Assembly: GCA_945902735.1 (NCBI GenBank)
Contig: CAMDNF010000002.1
Coordinates: 1,400 to 65,399, forward strand
Reading direction: 5' to 3'
DNA: 64,000 bases
From: Rhizobium sp. Q54
GTDB lineage: Bacteria > Pseudomonadota > Alphaproteobacteria > UBA828
Part shown: positions 9,391-19,829 of the stretch, piece after piece
Layout: every line of letters begins with the position of its first letter
Numbering within the stretch: the first letter of the stretch is position 1
Translations under genes and position numbers: made by a program
The notes under the pieces: generated by a model
What the model was told of the DNA's origin: nothing
Seen by the model: only the letters and a program-made list of their open reading frames with translations
Database searches by the model: none

Positions 9391-10548
9391 TTAGAACGAC
9401 AGGGACGAGCCGATCATGAAGCTCGTGTAAACGTTGTCCAACGCGCCAGCCGTCTCATTTTCGAAATCGCCATGGTCGATCTGCGCCTGAATGCTCACGC
9501 CCGGCCCAAGGATATAGGTGCCGTTGAGCGCCATGATATCAAACGCCAGATCGTCGACTGCCGCCACGGTCGCTCCTTCGATCTCGGCCCGGCCATATTG
9601 AATGCCGATGCCCCACATGGCGTCCCAATAGGCCACGCCGATATCGAAGTCCTTACGATCACGACCGGGGCCAACTAGGCCTGTCACCGGCGTTGCATTG
9701 GCGACCAGGTCAGCATCGAGATAGCCGCCGCCGACTGAGAACTTCCCGAATGTGAGCGTGCCACCCACATTAAACGAGGCGGGCGAGTCTTCGCAATTAA
9801 CTACCGTGGGCGTCGCACCGCAACGATCGAGGTTGTAGGTCTCGTAACCAGCGGAGGCGCGGAGCTTAACGGCGCCGAAATCGTGATCAAACGCCGCGGC
9901 GACCGACAGCTGGTCGAGCAGCTGGCCGTTCACTTCGCGAGCGTTGGCACCATATTGGCTCTGGCCCTGATCTGACGGCGCATAACTCGCCGCGAAGCTG
10001 ACGCCACCGAATGAAGGCGAGAAATACACGATCTTCTGCGAATCTTCCGAGCCCAAACCATCGTTATAGGTGCGGACGTTGTAGATGTTTGAGCCGTTGC
10101 CCGGATTGCCGAAGATGAAGAACGGCGTGTTGACACCGAAAATGCCCGAGCCGCCCGGCGCCCATGAGATGAACTCTTGGCGCGCGCTCTCGGTTGCACC
10201 AACGCGGATTTGACCGAAATTGCCGCGGAAGAACACGAAGCGTTCGTCCATCGATTCGGAGTCGTCGCCGGTGGGGTTGCCTTCGATCACGGCCTTGAAG
10301 CCCGCGGTCAGGCCGTTATCGAACGTGGCGCTGCCGCCAATGTTGATTTCGACGTCTTGGCCCATCGCGCTTGAATTGAAGTTATTGGCGTATTCGTTAT
10401 CATTGCTCTGTTGGTCGATGATCGCGAACGCGCTCTGATAATAGCCACCGACGCTGACCGCAATCGGCTCGTCTTTGGCCTGCGCGGTGCCACCGGCAAT
10501 CATGCCCGCCGCTACAAGTGCGGTCGAACCCAAAAGAATCTTCTTCAT
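9391..10548 (-). CDS. Outer-membrane porin (alphaproteobacterial Porin_2/RopA-like β-barrel)
   Basis: Signal peptide MKKILLGSTALVAAGMIAGGTAQA, a Gly/Asn/Ser/Tyr-rich β-strand composition, and a C-terminal …SSLSF aromatic terminus. Confidence 0.8.
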   Translation of the reverse strand: MKKILLGSTALVAAGMIAGGTAQAKDEPIAVSVGGYYQSAFAIIDQQSNDNEYANNFNSSAMGQDVEINIGGSATFDNGLTAGFKAVIEGNPTGDDSESMDERFVFFRGNFGQIRVGATESARQEFISWAPGGSGIFGVNTPFFIFGNPGNGSNIYNVRTYNDGLGSEDSQKIVYFSPSFGGVSFAASYAPSDQGQSQYGANAREVNGQLLDQLSVAAAFDHDFGAVKLRASAGYETYNLDRCGATPTVVNCEDSPASFNVGGTLTFGKFSVGGGYLDADLVANATPVTGLVGPGRDRKDFDIGVAYWDAMWGIGIQYGRAEIEGATVAAVDDLAFDIMALNGTYILGPGVSIQAQIDHGDFENETAGALDNVYTSFMIGSSLSF

Positions 10549-10829
10549 TAGCGAACCTCCTCGGGAGAATTGTGTTTACTCGGTTACGCCCAAAAACCCG
10601 AACTAAAGTGTCTTGATCTCGTTTCGGCCATTCCAGTCCAGGCTTGCAGCCGGGGCGCCACTGATGACGCGGCCCCTTCCCCCCAGTAACGCTGGAGGGC
10701 TTGCAACGGGGCGACGGTAACCAAAACCGGTTAACGAGCAAACCGTAAAAATGTGCTCGCGCTTACAATCCCGTGCCTATGTGGCAGAAAAGCCGCAATG
10801 TTGCGTGGTTGCGGTTTGTAACCAAAGGG

Positions 10830-12449
10830 TCATGGCGCGAGGGCGTTTTGGCCCTCAGGGCCAAGGGCCTCGATGAGCGCACCAAGATAGGGTCTGTAGC
10901 GGGCCGCGCGACCAATCGATTCGGCATGAAGCGGTTGGCGCACCTGGGTTGCGCTCGCGGTCGCAACCCGTCCTTTATTGCGGTGGAAATCGAGGCAAAC
11001 GGCGTCCCATTTCAGGCCGCAATGGGCCAGCAGGGCCCGGATTTCGCGTTCCGGGTGGGCGATCAGGGCTTCGTAGTGAACGTCGTAAACTCGGCCAGGA
11101 AGCACGGCCTGCCAGTGCCGCATGGTCTCGGCATAAAGGCGGTAGCGCCGGCCAAGCGCGGCGAGATCATAAGACCACGCATTCCCTTCGGCGAAGCGTG
11201 TGCGATAGCAAGAGAGGCAAATATCCAACGGGTTCCGCCGGCAATGGATGATGATCGCGTTCGGCAGAATCAAGTGAATTAACCCGATATAGCGGAAATT
11301 GTCGGGCATTTTGTCGACCACGCGAGACGCGGCCGGATCGGCCAGGCGTGATAAGTCGGCCGCATAGGCCTCCCCTCGCTCGAATGCTGTGCTGCCGATC
11401 GTCAAGTCGATGCCCGTGGGCCCAATCCAACCTTCGAGGCAACGGCCAAGCACCTTAAGTTCGCCGGCACCCACAACTTCTGGGTGTGCCGCCAGAATTT
11501 GCTCTATCAATGTGGTGCCGGAGCGCGGCATGCCGACCACAAAAATCGGCCGGGTGGAGGGGCAGCCCTCGGCCGCTCGACCGAGAATTTCAGGCATCAA
11601 GGCCGCCTTGATGGCGTCAATCAACGCGATTTCCACCACCTCATCATAGGGATGACGGGCGTGTTGAAGCGCCGCGCCATCGGCAAAATGGGTTATGGCC
11701 TGCGCGGGATCGTCGAGGTCGTCGTAGATTTTGCCGAGGGCAAAAGCGAGCTCGATTCGGGCTGGCGGCGGAAGATCGGCCCGGCGCGACTCCACCGTCC
11801 GCACCAGGCCAAGGAGCGCATCATCGAGTCGAAAACGATGCACATTCGCCAGATTGGCGAACGCCGCGCTCGAGCGAGGATCAAGCTCGAGAGCCTGTCG
11901 AAAAGCATTTTCGGCGCCCGCAATATCCCCAAGTTCGCGCAGCACGACCCCGAGACCGTTGTGACTATCGCTGTGCTTGGGGCGAAAACGGATGGCCGTG
12001 CGATAGGCGGCGGCTGCTTCCTGGGCCCGGCCCAAACGGCGCAGCGTATTTGCCAGATTATATTGCGCCGCAGCGAAATTCGGCTTCGACGCCAAGGCCG
12101 ACGCAAAATAATGCACCGCATCCGCGTCACGCCCCAAATCGACCAGAGCACATCCCAGGTTGAACGCGGCTTCGACCAATTTGGGGTCACGGTCGAATGC
12201 TTCCCGATAGGCGGTGATGGCGTCTTCATGGCGGCCGAGGCCCTGGAAGGCCGCACCGAAATTGAGCCAGAGACGGGAATCGGTCGGATCGGCCGCAAGC
12301 AGGGCCTGGTAGCGCGGGATTACGGCTTGCAACGCGCCCTCGGCGTGGAGAGCCAGAACGGCCGCAATATCTCGCTTGCGCGCCGAGGTGGTCGTTCCGA
12401 GCCTTGTCTCGCTCTTGCCAGGCCGTTGGCCCGACCTATTTGTCGGCAT
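10830..12449 (-). CDS. TPR-repeat protein fused to a PAPS-dependent sulfotransferase domain (Sulfotransfer_3-like)
   Basis: N-terminal TPR repeats (…AITAYREAFDRDPKLVEAAFNLGCAL…AAAQYNLANTL…). C-terminal sulfotransferase motifs: 5'-PSB FVVGMPRSGTTL and 3'-PB CRRNPLDICLS. Confidence 0.8.
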   Translation of the reverse strand: MPTNRSGQRPGKSETRLGTTTSARKRDIAAVLALHAEGALQAVIPRYQALLAADPTDSRLWLNFGAAFQGLGRHEDAITAYREAFDRDPKLVEAAFNLGCALVDLGRDADAVHYFASALASKPNFAAAQYNLANTLRRLGRAQEAAAAYRTAIRFRPKHSDSHNGLGVVLRELGDIAGAENAFRQALELDPRSSAAFANLANVHRFRLDDALLGLVRTVESRRADLPPPARIELAFALGKIYDDLDDPAQAITHFADGAALQHARHPYDEVVEIALIDAIKAALMPEILGRAAEGCPSTRPIFVVGMPRSGTTLIEQILAAHPEVVGAGELKVLGRCLEGWIGPTGIDLTIGSTAFERGEAYAADLSRLADPAASRVVDKMPDNFRYIGLIHLILPNAIIIHCRRNPLDICLSCYRTRFAEGNAWSYDLAALGRRYRLYAETMRHWQAVLPGRVYDVHYEALIAHPEREIRALLAHCGLKWDAVCLDFHRNKGRVATASATQVRQPLHAESIGRAARYRPYLGALIEALGPEGQNALAP

Positions 12450-12625
12450 ATCGATCGACTCTATCTAGCCGTGTCATGGACACCCTAGAACCCATGCTGA
12501 CTGCGACGCAATCACGCGGCGGTTTTCCCACAGGGCGGTATATTGTAGAGTTATAGGCATGGAAAAGGCGGTCTCGCCGCAATCGGCGCGCCGCCTAATG
12601 ACGATCAGCTCAGGATAATGTCGCG

Positions 12626-13186
12626 ATGGTCTCTTGGATTGGCGGCCTTAGGGCGGCGCGGACTTGGCTTATTGCGTTGAGCGGCGTAGCGCTGCTCGCC
12701 GCGTGCGGCGATGCCGACCTCGCCGGCACCGCCGGGCCGGACCCCAAATATTCCGACAATAAGAAGGCCCGCGATCCGGTCTATAAGCAGAGCGTCTTTG
12801 GCGAAGGCGGGCTTAGCCTCGGTGGATCTTCCGGGCCGGTCGGCCAAGAGGGCGCGACGGGGCTAGGCGTCAATACGTTCCTCTGGCGCGCCACGTTGGA
12901 CACGCTGTCTTTCATGCCGCTTGCCTCGGCCGATCCGTTTGGCGGGGTCATCATCACCGATTGGTACGCCCCACCCGATGCCCCCGAAGAGCGCTTCAAG
13001 GCGACCGCCTATATTCTCGACCGCACTTTAAGGTCTGACGGGATCAGGGTGGCGCTTTTCCGGCAGGTTCGCGGTTCGGCCGGCGATTGGATCGATGCGG
13101 CGACCAACCCCCGCACCTCGACCGACCTCGAAGAGAAAATTCTGGAGCGGGCGCGGCAGCTCAAAATCTCCAGCGTCGGCGAATAG
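12626..13186 (+). CDS. Lipoprotein (DUF3576-like, conserved upstream of leuS in alphaproteobacteria)
   Basis: Lipobox LLAACG after a signal sequence. Confidence 0.55.
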   Translation: MVSWIGGLRAARTWLIALSGVALLAACGDADLAGTAGPDPKYSDNKKARDPVYKQSVFGEGGLSLGGSSGPVGQEGATGLGVNTFLWRATLDTLSFMPLASADPFGGVIITDWYAPPDAPEERFKATAYILDRTLRSDGIRVALFRQVRGSAGDWIDAATNPRTSTDLEEKILERARQLKISSVGE

Positions 13187-13234
13187 TCGAGCGCGCTTGC
13201 CGCGCGCGCGGCCGTGCGGTAGGAACCGGCGGCC

Positions 13235-15802
13235 ATGAGCGAGCGATATAATCCGCGCGAAATCGAGGCGAGTTGGCAGGCCTTCTGGGAACAGGAGGGT
13301 CTGTTCCATGCGCGCGAGGACGACAGCCGTCCAAAATATTACGTGCTCGAGATGTTTCCCTATCCGTCGGGACGCATCCACATGGGCCATGTGCGCAATT
13401 ACACGTTGGGCGATGTGGTGGCCCGCTATAAGCGGGCGCTCGGCTTTAATGTGCTGCACCCGATGGGGTGGGATGCCTTCGGCCTGCCGGCGGAGAATGC
13501 CGCGCGCGATCAAAAGACCCACCCGGCAACCTGGACCTACGCCAATATCGCGACGATGCGCGCCGAGCTCAAGCGCATGGGGCTCTCGCTCGATTGGAGT
13601 CGCGAGATTGCGACGTGCCATCCGGGCTATTACAAGCACGAACAAAAGCTGTTCCTCGATTTCCTCAAGGCTGGGTTGGTCTATCGCAAGGAATCCTTCG
13701 TCAATTGGGACCCGGTCGACCACACCGTGCTCGCCAATGAGCAGGTGATCGAGGGGCGCGGCTGGCGCTCGGGCGCGTTGGTCGAACGGCGCAAATTGTC
13801 GCAATGGTTTCTCAAGATCACGGCCTTCTCCGACGATCTATTGGCCGCGTTGAACGGGCTCGAACGCTGGCCCGAGCGCGTGCGCCTGATGCAGGAAAAT
13901 TGGATCAATCGATCCGAGGGCCTGCGCGTGGCGTTCGACCTCGATGCCCGCGACGAGACGATCGAAATTTTCACGACGCGCCATGACACGCTATTTGGTG
14001 CAAGCTTCCTCGCGCTTTCACCCAATCATCCGTTTGCCGAAAAGCTTGCCGCGAAGGATGCCGCACTCGCGTCTTTTATTGCCGAATGCAATCGGCTCGG
14101 CACGTCGGAAGCCGCGATCGAGCATGCCGAAAAGAAGGGTTATGATACCGGGCTGAAGGTGCGCCACCCGTTGATGCCGGGCCGGCTATTGCCGCTCTAT
14201 GTCGCCAATTTCGTGTTGATGGATTATGGCACGGGCGCGATTTTCGGCTGTCCGGCGCATGACCAGCGCGACCTCGATTTCGCGCGCAAATATAAACTCG
14301 ACGTGATTCCCGTCGTGGCGCCACCGGGCAGCGATCCGAGCGCGGTTACGATCGGCGATGAGGCCTATGTCGGCGAGGGCGTTCATATCAATTCGGGCTT
14401 TATCGACGGCACGAGCGTCGCCGACGGCAAAGAACGCGTCGCGGCGAAACTCGAAGGCGAGCGCCGCGCGAAGCGCGAAGTATTGTTTCGCCTGCGCGAT
14501 TGGGGCGTCTCGCGCCAACGCTATTGGGGCTGCCCGATCCCGATCGTGCATTGCGGTGCTTGCGGCATCGTGCCCGTCGCCGAGACCGATTTGCCGGTGA
14601 TCCTGCCGGAGGATGTGAGCTTCGATCGGCCGGGCAATCCGCTCGATCATCACCCGCGCTGGAAACATGTGGCCTGCCCATCATGCGGCAAGCCGGCGAC
14701 GCGCGAGACCGATACGTTCGACACCTTCGTCGATTCGTCGTGGTACTTCGCGCGCTTCTGTTCGCCGCGCGCCGATCAACCGGTGGTGCAAAGCGCGGTC
14801 GATTATTGGTTGCCGGTCGATCAATATATCGGCGGCATCGAGCATGCGATTTTGCATTTGCTCTATTCGCGCTTCTTCACGCGCGCCATGCGATTGACCG
14901 GGCATGTCAAACTCGACGAACCGTTCGATGGTTTGTTCACCCAGGGCATGGTGTGTCACGAATCCTATCAGAGCGAAGACGGCAAATGGCTTTATCCGGA
15001 GGACGTGACGAAACGCGATGATGGCAGCGCGGTGCAAACCGAGACCGGGCGACCGGTCAAGGTGGGGCGGCGCGAAGTGATGAGCAAATCGAAGAAAAAT
15101 GTGGTGGCGCCGTCGGTCATCATCGATGGCTATGGCGCCGATACCGCGCGGCTTTTCATGCTCTCCGACAGCCCGCCGGAACGCGATCTCGATTGGTCGG
15201 ATGCCGGCGTCAAAGGGGCGTGGCGTTATCTGGGTTCGCTCTGGCGCATGGTCGCGCTACCCGCGGTCGCCTTGCCGCCGCCCGATATGGCGATCGTCGA
15301 TGGTCTCGACCCGCGGCTAAATGAGGTTCGACGCTTGGTTCATCGCACCATCGTGGGCGTGACCGGCGATCTCGATCGCTTTCATTTCAATCGCGCGGTC
15401 GCGCGCGTTCGCGAATTGACCAATGGTCTGCTCGAAATGCCGACCGATGCGGCGGGGGCGGGGAGCGTGCTGCGCGAGGGCCTGGAGATTGTCACGCGCT
15501 TGATCGGGCCGATGACGCCGCACATCGCCGAATCATTGTGGCGTATGCTGGGTCATTCGGAGTCTTTGGCGTTGGTGCCTTGGCCGAAAGCCGATGAGGC
15601 GCTTGTCGCGGCCGAGACCGTGACGCTCGCGGTGCAAGTGAACGGTAAATTGCGCGCCACGATCATGTTGCCGAAGACGCATGAGAAAAAGGAAGCGGAA
15701 GATGCGGCGATCGCCTCAGCCCAGGTACAACGCGCGATTGAGGGCCGCCCGATTAAGCGGGTCATCGTCGTGCCAGGGAAGATCGTCAATGTGGTGGTCT
15801 GA
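13235..15802 (+). CDS. leuS: Leucine--tRNA ligase
   Basis: 855 aa with the HIGH motif ([15 protein letters not shown]) and KMSKS (VMSKSKKN); typical LeuS N-terminus [15 protein letters not shown]. Confidence 0.95.
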   Translation: MSERYNPREIEASWQAFWEQEGLFHAREDDSRPKYYVLEMFPYPSGRIHMGHVRNYTLGDVVARYKRALGFNVLHPMGWDAFGLPAENAARDQKTHPATWTYANIATMRAELKRMGLSLDWSREIATCHPGYYKHEQKLFLDFLKAGLVYRKESFVNWDPVDHTVLANEQVIEGRGWRSGALVERRKLSQWFLKITAFSDDLLAALNGLERWPERVRLMQENWINRSEGLRVAFDLDARDETIEIFTTRHDTLFGASFLALSPNHPFAEKLAAKDAALASFIAECNRLGTSEAAIEHAEKKGYDTGLKVRHPLMPGRLLPLYVANFVLMDYGTGAIFGCPAHDQRDLDFARKYKLDVIPVVAPPGSDPSAVTIGDEAYVGEGVHINSGFIDGTSVADGKERVAAKLEGERRAKREVLFRLRDWGVSRQRYWGCPIPIVHCGACGIVPVAETDLPVILPEDVSFDRPGNPLDHHPRWKHVACPSCGKPATRETDTFDTFVDSSWYFARFCSPRADQPVVQSAVDYWLPVDQYIGGIEHAILHLLYSRFFTRAMRLTGHVKLDEPFDGLFTQGMVCHESYQSEDGKWLYPEDVTKRDDGSAVQTETGRPVKVGRREVMSKSKKNVVAPSVIIDGYGADTARLFMLSDSPPERDLDWSDAGVKGAWRYLGSLWRMVALPAVALPPPDMAIVDGLDPRLNEVRRLVHRTIVGVTGDLDRFHFNRAVARVRELTNGLLEMPTDAAGAGSVLREGLEIVTRLIGPMTPHIAESLWRMLGHSESLALVPWPKADEALVAAETVTLAVQVNGKLRATIMLPKTHEKKEAEDAAIASAQVQRAIEGRPIKRVIVVPGKIVNVVV

Positions 15803-16361
15803 TCGACGCGCCTTGGTCGTCGCCCTCGCGCTCCTATCGATTGTCGGGCTTAGCGCCTGCGGTTTCGAGCCGGTCTATGGGCGCGGCAATGGAGCGGCTC
15901 GTCACGCCGAACTCTCAGCGATCGAAATTGGGGCGATCAATGGCAAGGCTAGTCCGGGCGCGATTTCCGATGGCAATAGCGAGCTCGGCCGTGCCGGCCT
16001 CGAAATGCGTAAACGGCTGCTCGAATCGCTCAGCTCGGAACGGGCCGAGCCTCGCTATCGGCTTGGCGTTGTGCTTGAAGAATCGCAAGGTGCCTTCGCT
16101 ATTCAAGCCGACGACCGGGTGACACGCTATCAACTTTCCCTGACGGCGGCGTTTAGTTTGGTCGAGATCGGTTCGGATAAAGCCGTCTATTCGGGTTCGA
16201 GGCGCTCGATCGGCAGCTACAATGTGGTGTCGTCGGATTTCGCGACGGTGGTGTCCGAAGCGGACGCACGCAAGCGCGCCGCGCTCGATTTGGCGGACAA
16301 TATTCGGGAGCTCCTGATCGCCTATTTTTCGCGTGAACCCGCCGCCGCGGCGACCCCGTGA
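15789..16361 (+). CDS. lptE: LPS-assembly lipoprotein LptE
   Basis: ATG at 15789 overlaps the leuS stop. [26 protein letters not shown] lipobox, sitting in the conserved leuS-lptE-holA context. Confidence 0.7.
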   Translation: MWWSDRRALVVALALLSIVGLSACGFEPVYGRGNGAARHAELSAIEIGAINGKASPGAISDGNSELGRAGLEMRKRLLESLSSERAEPRYRLGVVLEESQGAFAIQADDRVTRYQLSLTAAFSLVEIGSDKAVYSGSRRSIGSYNVVSSDFATVVSEADARKRAALDLADNIRELLIAYFSREPAAAATP

Positions 16362-17404
16362 AAATCGACGGCCGCAAGGCCGACGGGTTTTGCCGCGCGC
16401 CGGGCAAAGAGATCAGAGCGATTCTCTGTTACGGACCGAATGAGGGCCTTGTGCGCGAGCGCGCCGAGGCGGCGGCGCGGGCCGTGGTGCCCGATGCGCG
16501 CGATCCGTTTCGTCTGTGCACGCTGAGCCCGGCTACCCTCAAAGACGACCCAGCCCGTCTTGCCGACGAAATTGGCGCGTTGGCGTTTGGCGGCGGTCGG
16601 CGTGTCGTACAAATCAGCGGCGCGGGGGATGGGTTGTCGGCCGCGATTCAATCGGCGCTCGGTATCGTTGGCGATGCGTTGTTGATCGTCGAGGCCGGTG
16701 AACTCAGCCCACGGTCGAGTTTGCGCAAATTGTTCGAGGCCGCGGACAAAGCCGTGGCCGCGGTGCCTTGCTATGACGACACAAGCCAAAACGCGGCCGC
16801 ATTGATCGAGACTCATCTGGGTGCTCTGGGCGGCGCGATCGACGATGATGCCGCGGCCTGGCTGATCGAGCGTTTGAGCGGCGATCGTGCGCAGATTCGG
16901 GGCGAACTCGACAAATTGATGCTCTATGTCGGCTCGAACGGCGGCGGGCGCCTGGTGATCGACAAGGCATCGGCGCAGGCCGTGGTCGGTGATGGTGGAG
17001 AGCTTTCGCTCGATGCGGTTTGCGATGCGATCGCGCTCGGCGATCTGGCCGCGCTCGATCGCGCTATTATGCGTGCGGAGACCCAGGGGATGAATGCGAT
17101 CACCATGCTGCGCGCGGTGGCGCGTCATTTGATGCGGCTGCATGGGGCGGCCGGCCGTGTCGCGGCGGGACAATCGGTCGATGCGGTGATGGCGAGTTTG
17201 CGCCCGCCGGTCTTTTTTACCGCGCAAGCAGCGTTTCGTCGTCAGATCGCGCAATGGTCGCCCGCGCGATTGGCGGAGGCGCTGCAACTCGTGCTCGAGG
17301 CCGAGGCCGACTGCAAGACCACCGGCATGCCGGCCGATGCAGTAGCGGCGCGTGCCCTATTGCGTTTGGCCGGCGCCGCCCGGAGTGGCCGCGCCTCGGG
17401 ATAA
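16358..17404 (+). CDS. holA: DNA polymerase III delta subunit
   Basis: Position after leuS-lptE, with delta-subunit-like N-terminal (…ILCYGPNEGLVRERAEA…) and C-terminal helical regions. Confidence 0.8.
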   Translation: MKIDGRKADGFCRAPGKEIRAILCYGPNEGLVRERAEAAARAVVPDARDPFRLCTLSPATLKDDPARLADEIGALAFGGGRRVVQISGAGDGLSAAIQSALGIVGDALLIVEAGELSPRSSLRKLFEAADKAVAAVPCYDDTSQNAAALIETHLGALGGAIDDDAAAWLIERLSGDRAQIRGELDKLMLYVGSNGGGRLVIDKASAQAVVGDGGELSLDAVCDAIALGDLAALDRAIMRAETQGMNAITMLRAVARHLMRLHGAAGRVAAGQSVDAVMASLRPPVFFTAQAAFRRQIAQWSPARLAEALQLVLEAEADCKTTGMPADAVAARALLRLAGAARSGRASG

Positions 17405-17409
17405 GGGGT

Positions 17410-18315
17410 TCAGCGCGGGCCGAGCCGGCGCAATAATTCGTCGAGTTGCTCGGCGCTCCGATAGCGAAAAATCATTTCACCCGAACCATCGGCCTTGGTT
17501 TCGATGCTGACCTTAAGACCGAGGCTGGTGGAGAGCTTTAGCTCAAGATCACGCACATTGGGGTCTCGCGCCGCGCGAACGCGGGGCGGCCGGGGCACCC
17601 GCGTCGCCTCGCGAGCCAATGCTTCGGTCTGCCGCACATTCAAGTTCCGCGCGACGATGGTTTCGGCGAGCGCGACCGGATCGCGGGCGTTCAGAAGCGC
17701 GCGCGCATGACCCATGCTGAGCTGGCCATTGCCGAGCAGTGTTTTGACATAGGGCGGTAATTCCAAAAGCCGGATCATGTTGGTGACATGGCTGCGGCTC
17801 TTGCCGATCGCTTGGGCGACGGCATCTTGGGTATGGCCGAAGCGCGCGATGAGGCGCTGAAAGGCTTCGGCCTCTTCCAGGGGATTCAAATCCTCGCGCT
17901 GGATATTTTCAACGAGCGCTACCTCGAGCGCCTGATCATCGTCGAACTCGCGCACGATGGCCGGCAATTCATGGATCCCGGCGCGTTGCGCCGCGCGCCA
18001 ACGGCGCTCGCCGGCAATGATTTCATAACCACCGCCACTACGCTGACGCACCAGGATCGGCTGAAGCACACCGTTTTGTTTGATGGATTGGGCGAGCTCA
18101 TCGAGCTCCGCCTCGTCAAACACGGTGCGCGGTTGGATTGGGCTTGGGCGCAGCGAATCGATCGGGAGCGTGCGTAAATTTCCGGTGGTGCGCGGCTCCG
18201 CCTCGGCGCGCGCCGTCGCGCTATTGGCCGGCGCCACATCGCCAAGCAGCGCCGCGAGCCCCTTGCCGAGTCCGCCGCGCGGTTTCAATCCGCCATCACC
18301 TTGGGGGGCACTCAT
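17410..18315 (-). CDS. parB: Chromosome-partitioning protein ParB
   Basis: ParB box …GVLQPILVR…YEIIAGERRWRAAQRAG… and HTH (…SRSHVTNMIRLLELP…). Confidence 0.9.
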   Translation of the reverse strand: MSAPQGDGGLKPRGGLGKGLAALLGDVAPANSATARAEAEPRTTGNLRTLPIDSLRPSPIQPRTVFDEAELDELAQSIKQNGVLQPILVRQRSGGGYEIIAGERRWRAAQRAGIHELPAIVREFDDDQALEVALVENIQREDLNPLEEAEAFQRLIARFGHTQDAVAQAIGKSRSHVTNMIRLLELPPYVKTLLGNGQLSMGHARALLNARDPVALAETIVARNLNVRQTEALAREATRVPRPPRVRAARDPNVRDLELKLSTSLGLKVSIETKADGSGEMIFRYRSAEQLDELLRRLGPR

Positions 18316-19199
18316 GACGGTCTCTCCTCGGCCCCTTCGCGGCGCAACATTTCGCTCGCCAAGTGCGCATAGGCTTGGGCGCCGGCGCAGCTGATGTCGT
18401 AGAGCAGCACGGGCATGCCGAAGGACGGCGCCTCGGAGACGCGCACATTGCGCGGGATCACGGTGTCATAAACTTGGGCGCCGAAATGCGCGCGGACATC
18501 GGCCGCGACCTGGCCCGATAGCCGGTTACGATTATCGTACATCGTCAGGACGATTCCTTGGATTTTCAACTTAGCGTTGAAATTGCTACGGACTACATCA
18601 ACCGTGTGGAGGAGCTCGCTCAGGCCATCGAGGGCGAGAAATTCGCACTGCAGCGGCACGATGAGTGAGTCCGCCGCGACGAGGGCGTTGAGGGTCAAAA
18701 GGGTGAGGGAGGGCGGGCAATCGATCAGAACGTAATCGAAGCCCGGTCTCGAAGTTTCAGAGGGGCCATCGGGAAACGCGAATTCGCCTAATATATCAAT
18801 GGCTTCAGTTAAGCGGTGGGCGCGGTGCTCGGCGTCGACCAATTCGATTTCGGCACCCGACAAATCGCGGTTGGCCGGGACCAAAAAGAGATTGGGAACC
18901 GATGAGGTAACCATCGCTTCGCTGAGGCTCGCGCGGCCGATCAAGACCCCATAGGAGCCCGGTTGGCGCGCGGTTTTGTCAATGCCGAGGCCGGTTGACG
19001 CGTTGCCCTGGGGATCGAGGTCGATCAACAGCACGTGGCGGCCGGTGGCGGCCAGGGCCGTGCCGAGGTTGATTGCCGTGGTGGTCTTACCAACACCGCC
19101 TTTTTGATTGACCACCGCGATGACGCGGGGTCGTTGCGGCGCCGATGTGGTGATCGGCGTCAGACTGTCGGATTCACTGCTAAGTACTTGAGACACCAA
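18312..19199 (-). CDS. parA: Chromosome-partitioning ATPase ParA
   Basis: Deviant Walker A VIAVVNQKGGVGKTTTAINLGTALA. It overlaps the parB start by 4 nt; the start codon is non-ATG (TTG/GTG). Confidence 0.9.
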   Translation of the reverse strand: MVSQVLSSESDSLTPITTSAPQRPRVIAVVNQKGGVGKTTTAINLGTALAATGRHVLLIDLDPQGNASTGLGIDKTARQPGSYGVLIGRASLSEAMVTSSVPNLFLVPANRDLSGAEIELVDAEHRAHRLTEAIDILGEFAFPDGPSETSRPGFDYVLIDCPPSLTLLTLNALVAADSLIVPLQCEFLALDGLSELLHTVDVVRSNFNAKLKIQGIVLTMYDNRNRLSGQVAADVRAHFGAQVYDTVIPRNVRVSEAPSFGMPVLLYDISCAGAQAYAHLASEMLRREGAEERPS

Positions 19200-19761
19200 T
19201 CAAATTACTCAGTATGAGGATGACCCCTTTGGGGTCGGTGAGGCTCGGGGCCGTTAGAAGACGAAAATGCCAGCGCTTGCGCGCTGCGTCTAGCTCGGCC
19301 TCGGCTCTCGATCCTTTTAACATAACGCAAAGGGTCTGACTGTCAATCAAAGGACGAGCGAAATCGAGGAAGAGATCAAGCGGCGCGACCGCGCGCGCGA
19401 CAATCACCCGTCGTACTGGCCATCCGGCGGGCGGCGGGGTGAGGGCTTCGGCTCGGCAGGGGATGATATTGACCGTGGCGCCGGTCAGACGCGCGGCCTC
19501 GCGCAGAAAAGTGCATTTTCGTTGATCGCTCTCGACGAGATTTACAGCGGGCGAGCCCAAGAGCGCGAGGATAAGGCCAGGGAATCCCGCGCCGCTGCCG
19601 ATGTCGTAGAGCGCGTCATAGGATTGCGGGAGATGACGGAGAATCTGGCCGCTATCGAGGAAATGGCGGCGCCAAAGATCGTCTAAGGTTGATTCCCCGA
19701 TAAGGTTAATGGATTTTTGCCATCGTCGGAGCAGCGCCTCATAGGCGTCGAAGCTCGCCAA
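19180..19761 (-). CDS. rsmG: 16S rRNA (guanine527-N7)-methyltransferase RsmG (GidB)
   Basis: SAM-binding DIGSGAGFPGLILALL; gidA-gidB-parAB context. Confidence 0.9.
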   Translation of the reverse strand: MASFDAYEALLRRWQKSINLIGESTLDDLWRRHFLDSGQILRHLPQSYDALYDIGSGAGFPGLILALLGSPAVNLVESDQRKCTFLREAARLTGATVNIIPCRAEALTPPPAGWPVRRVIVARAVAPLDLFLDFARPLIDSQTLCVMLKGSRAEAELDAARKRWHFRLLTAPSLTDPKGVILILSNLIGVSST

Positions 19762-19777
19762 GGTTTCACGTGAAACA
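19762..19777. promoter_or_regulatory. parS: parS centromere-like site (ParB binding)
   Basis: gGTTTCACGTGAAACa matches the 16-bp parS palindrome tGTTTCACGTGAAACa at 14/16 positions, with a perfect palindromic core. It sits directly at the rsmG start, upstream of parAB. Confidence 0.7.
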
Positions 19778-19829
19778 TTGAGGTCCCGGGCGAAGGATTC
19801 ACGGCCGTAGGTCGACGTCAGAGCCTCCT

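Noticed and set aside
9016-9678. ORFs 9016..9267(-) MPAKAGIH… and 9244..9678(+) MDTRFRGHDE…
   Set aside because: Both are generated by reading through the palindromic REP-like element and the antisense strand of the porin gene. The peptide 'words' are the familiar artefactual translations of such repeats.
11484-12488. 334-aa plus-strand ORF
   Set aside because: Antisense to the TPR-sulfotransferase gene. Arg/Gly-rich composition with no domain signature.
15681-15788. Longer N-terminal extension of lptE (ORF start 15681)
   Set aside because: It would overlap leuS by 120 nt in another frame. The lipoprotein signal peptide begins at the ATG at 15789.
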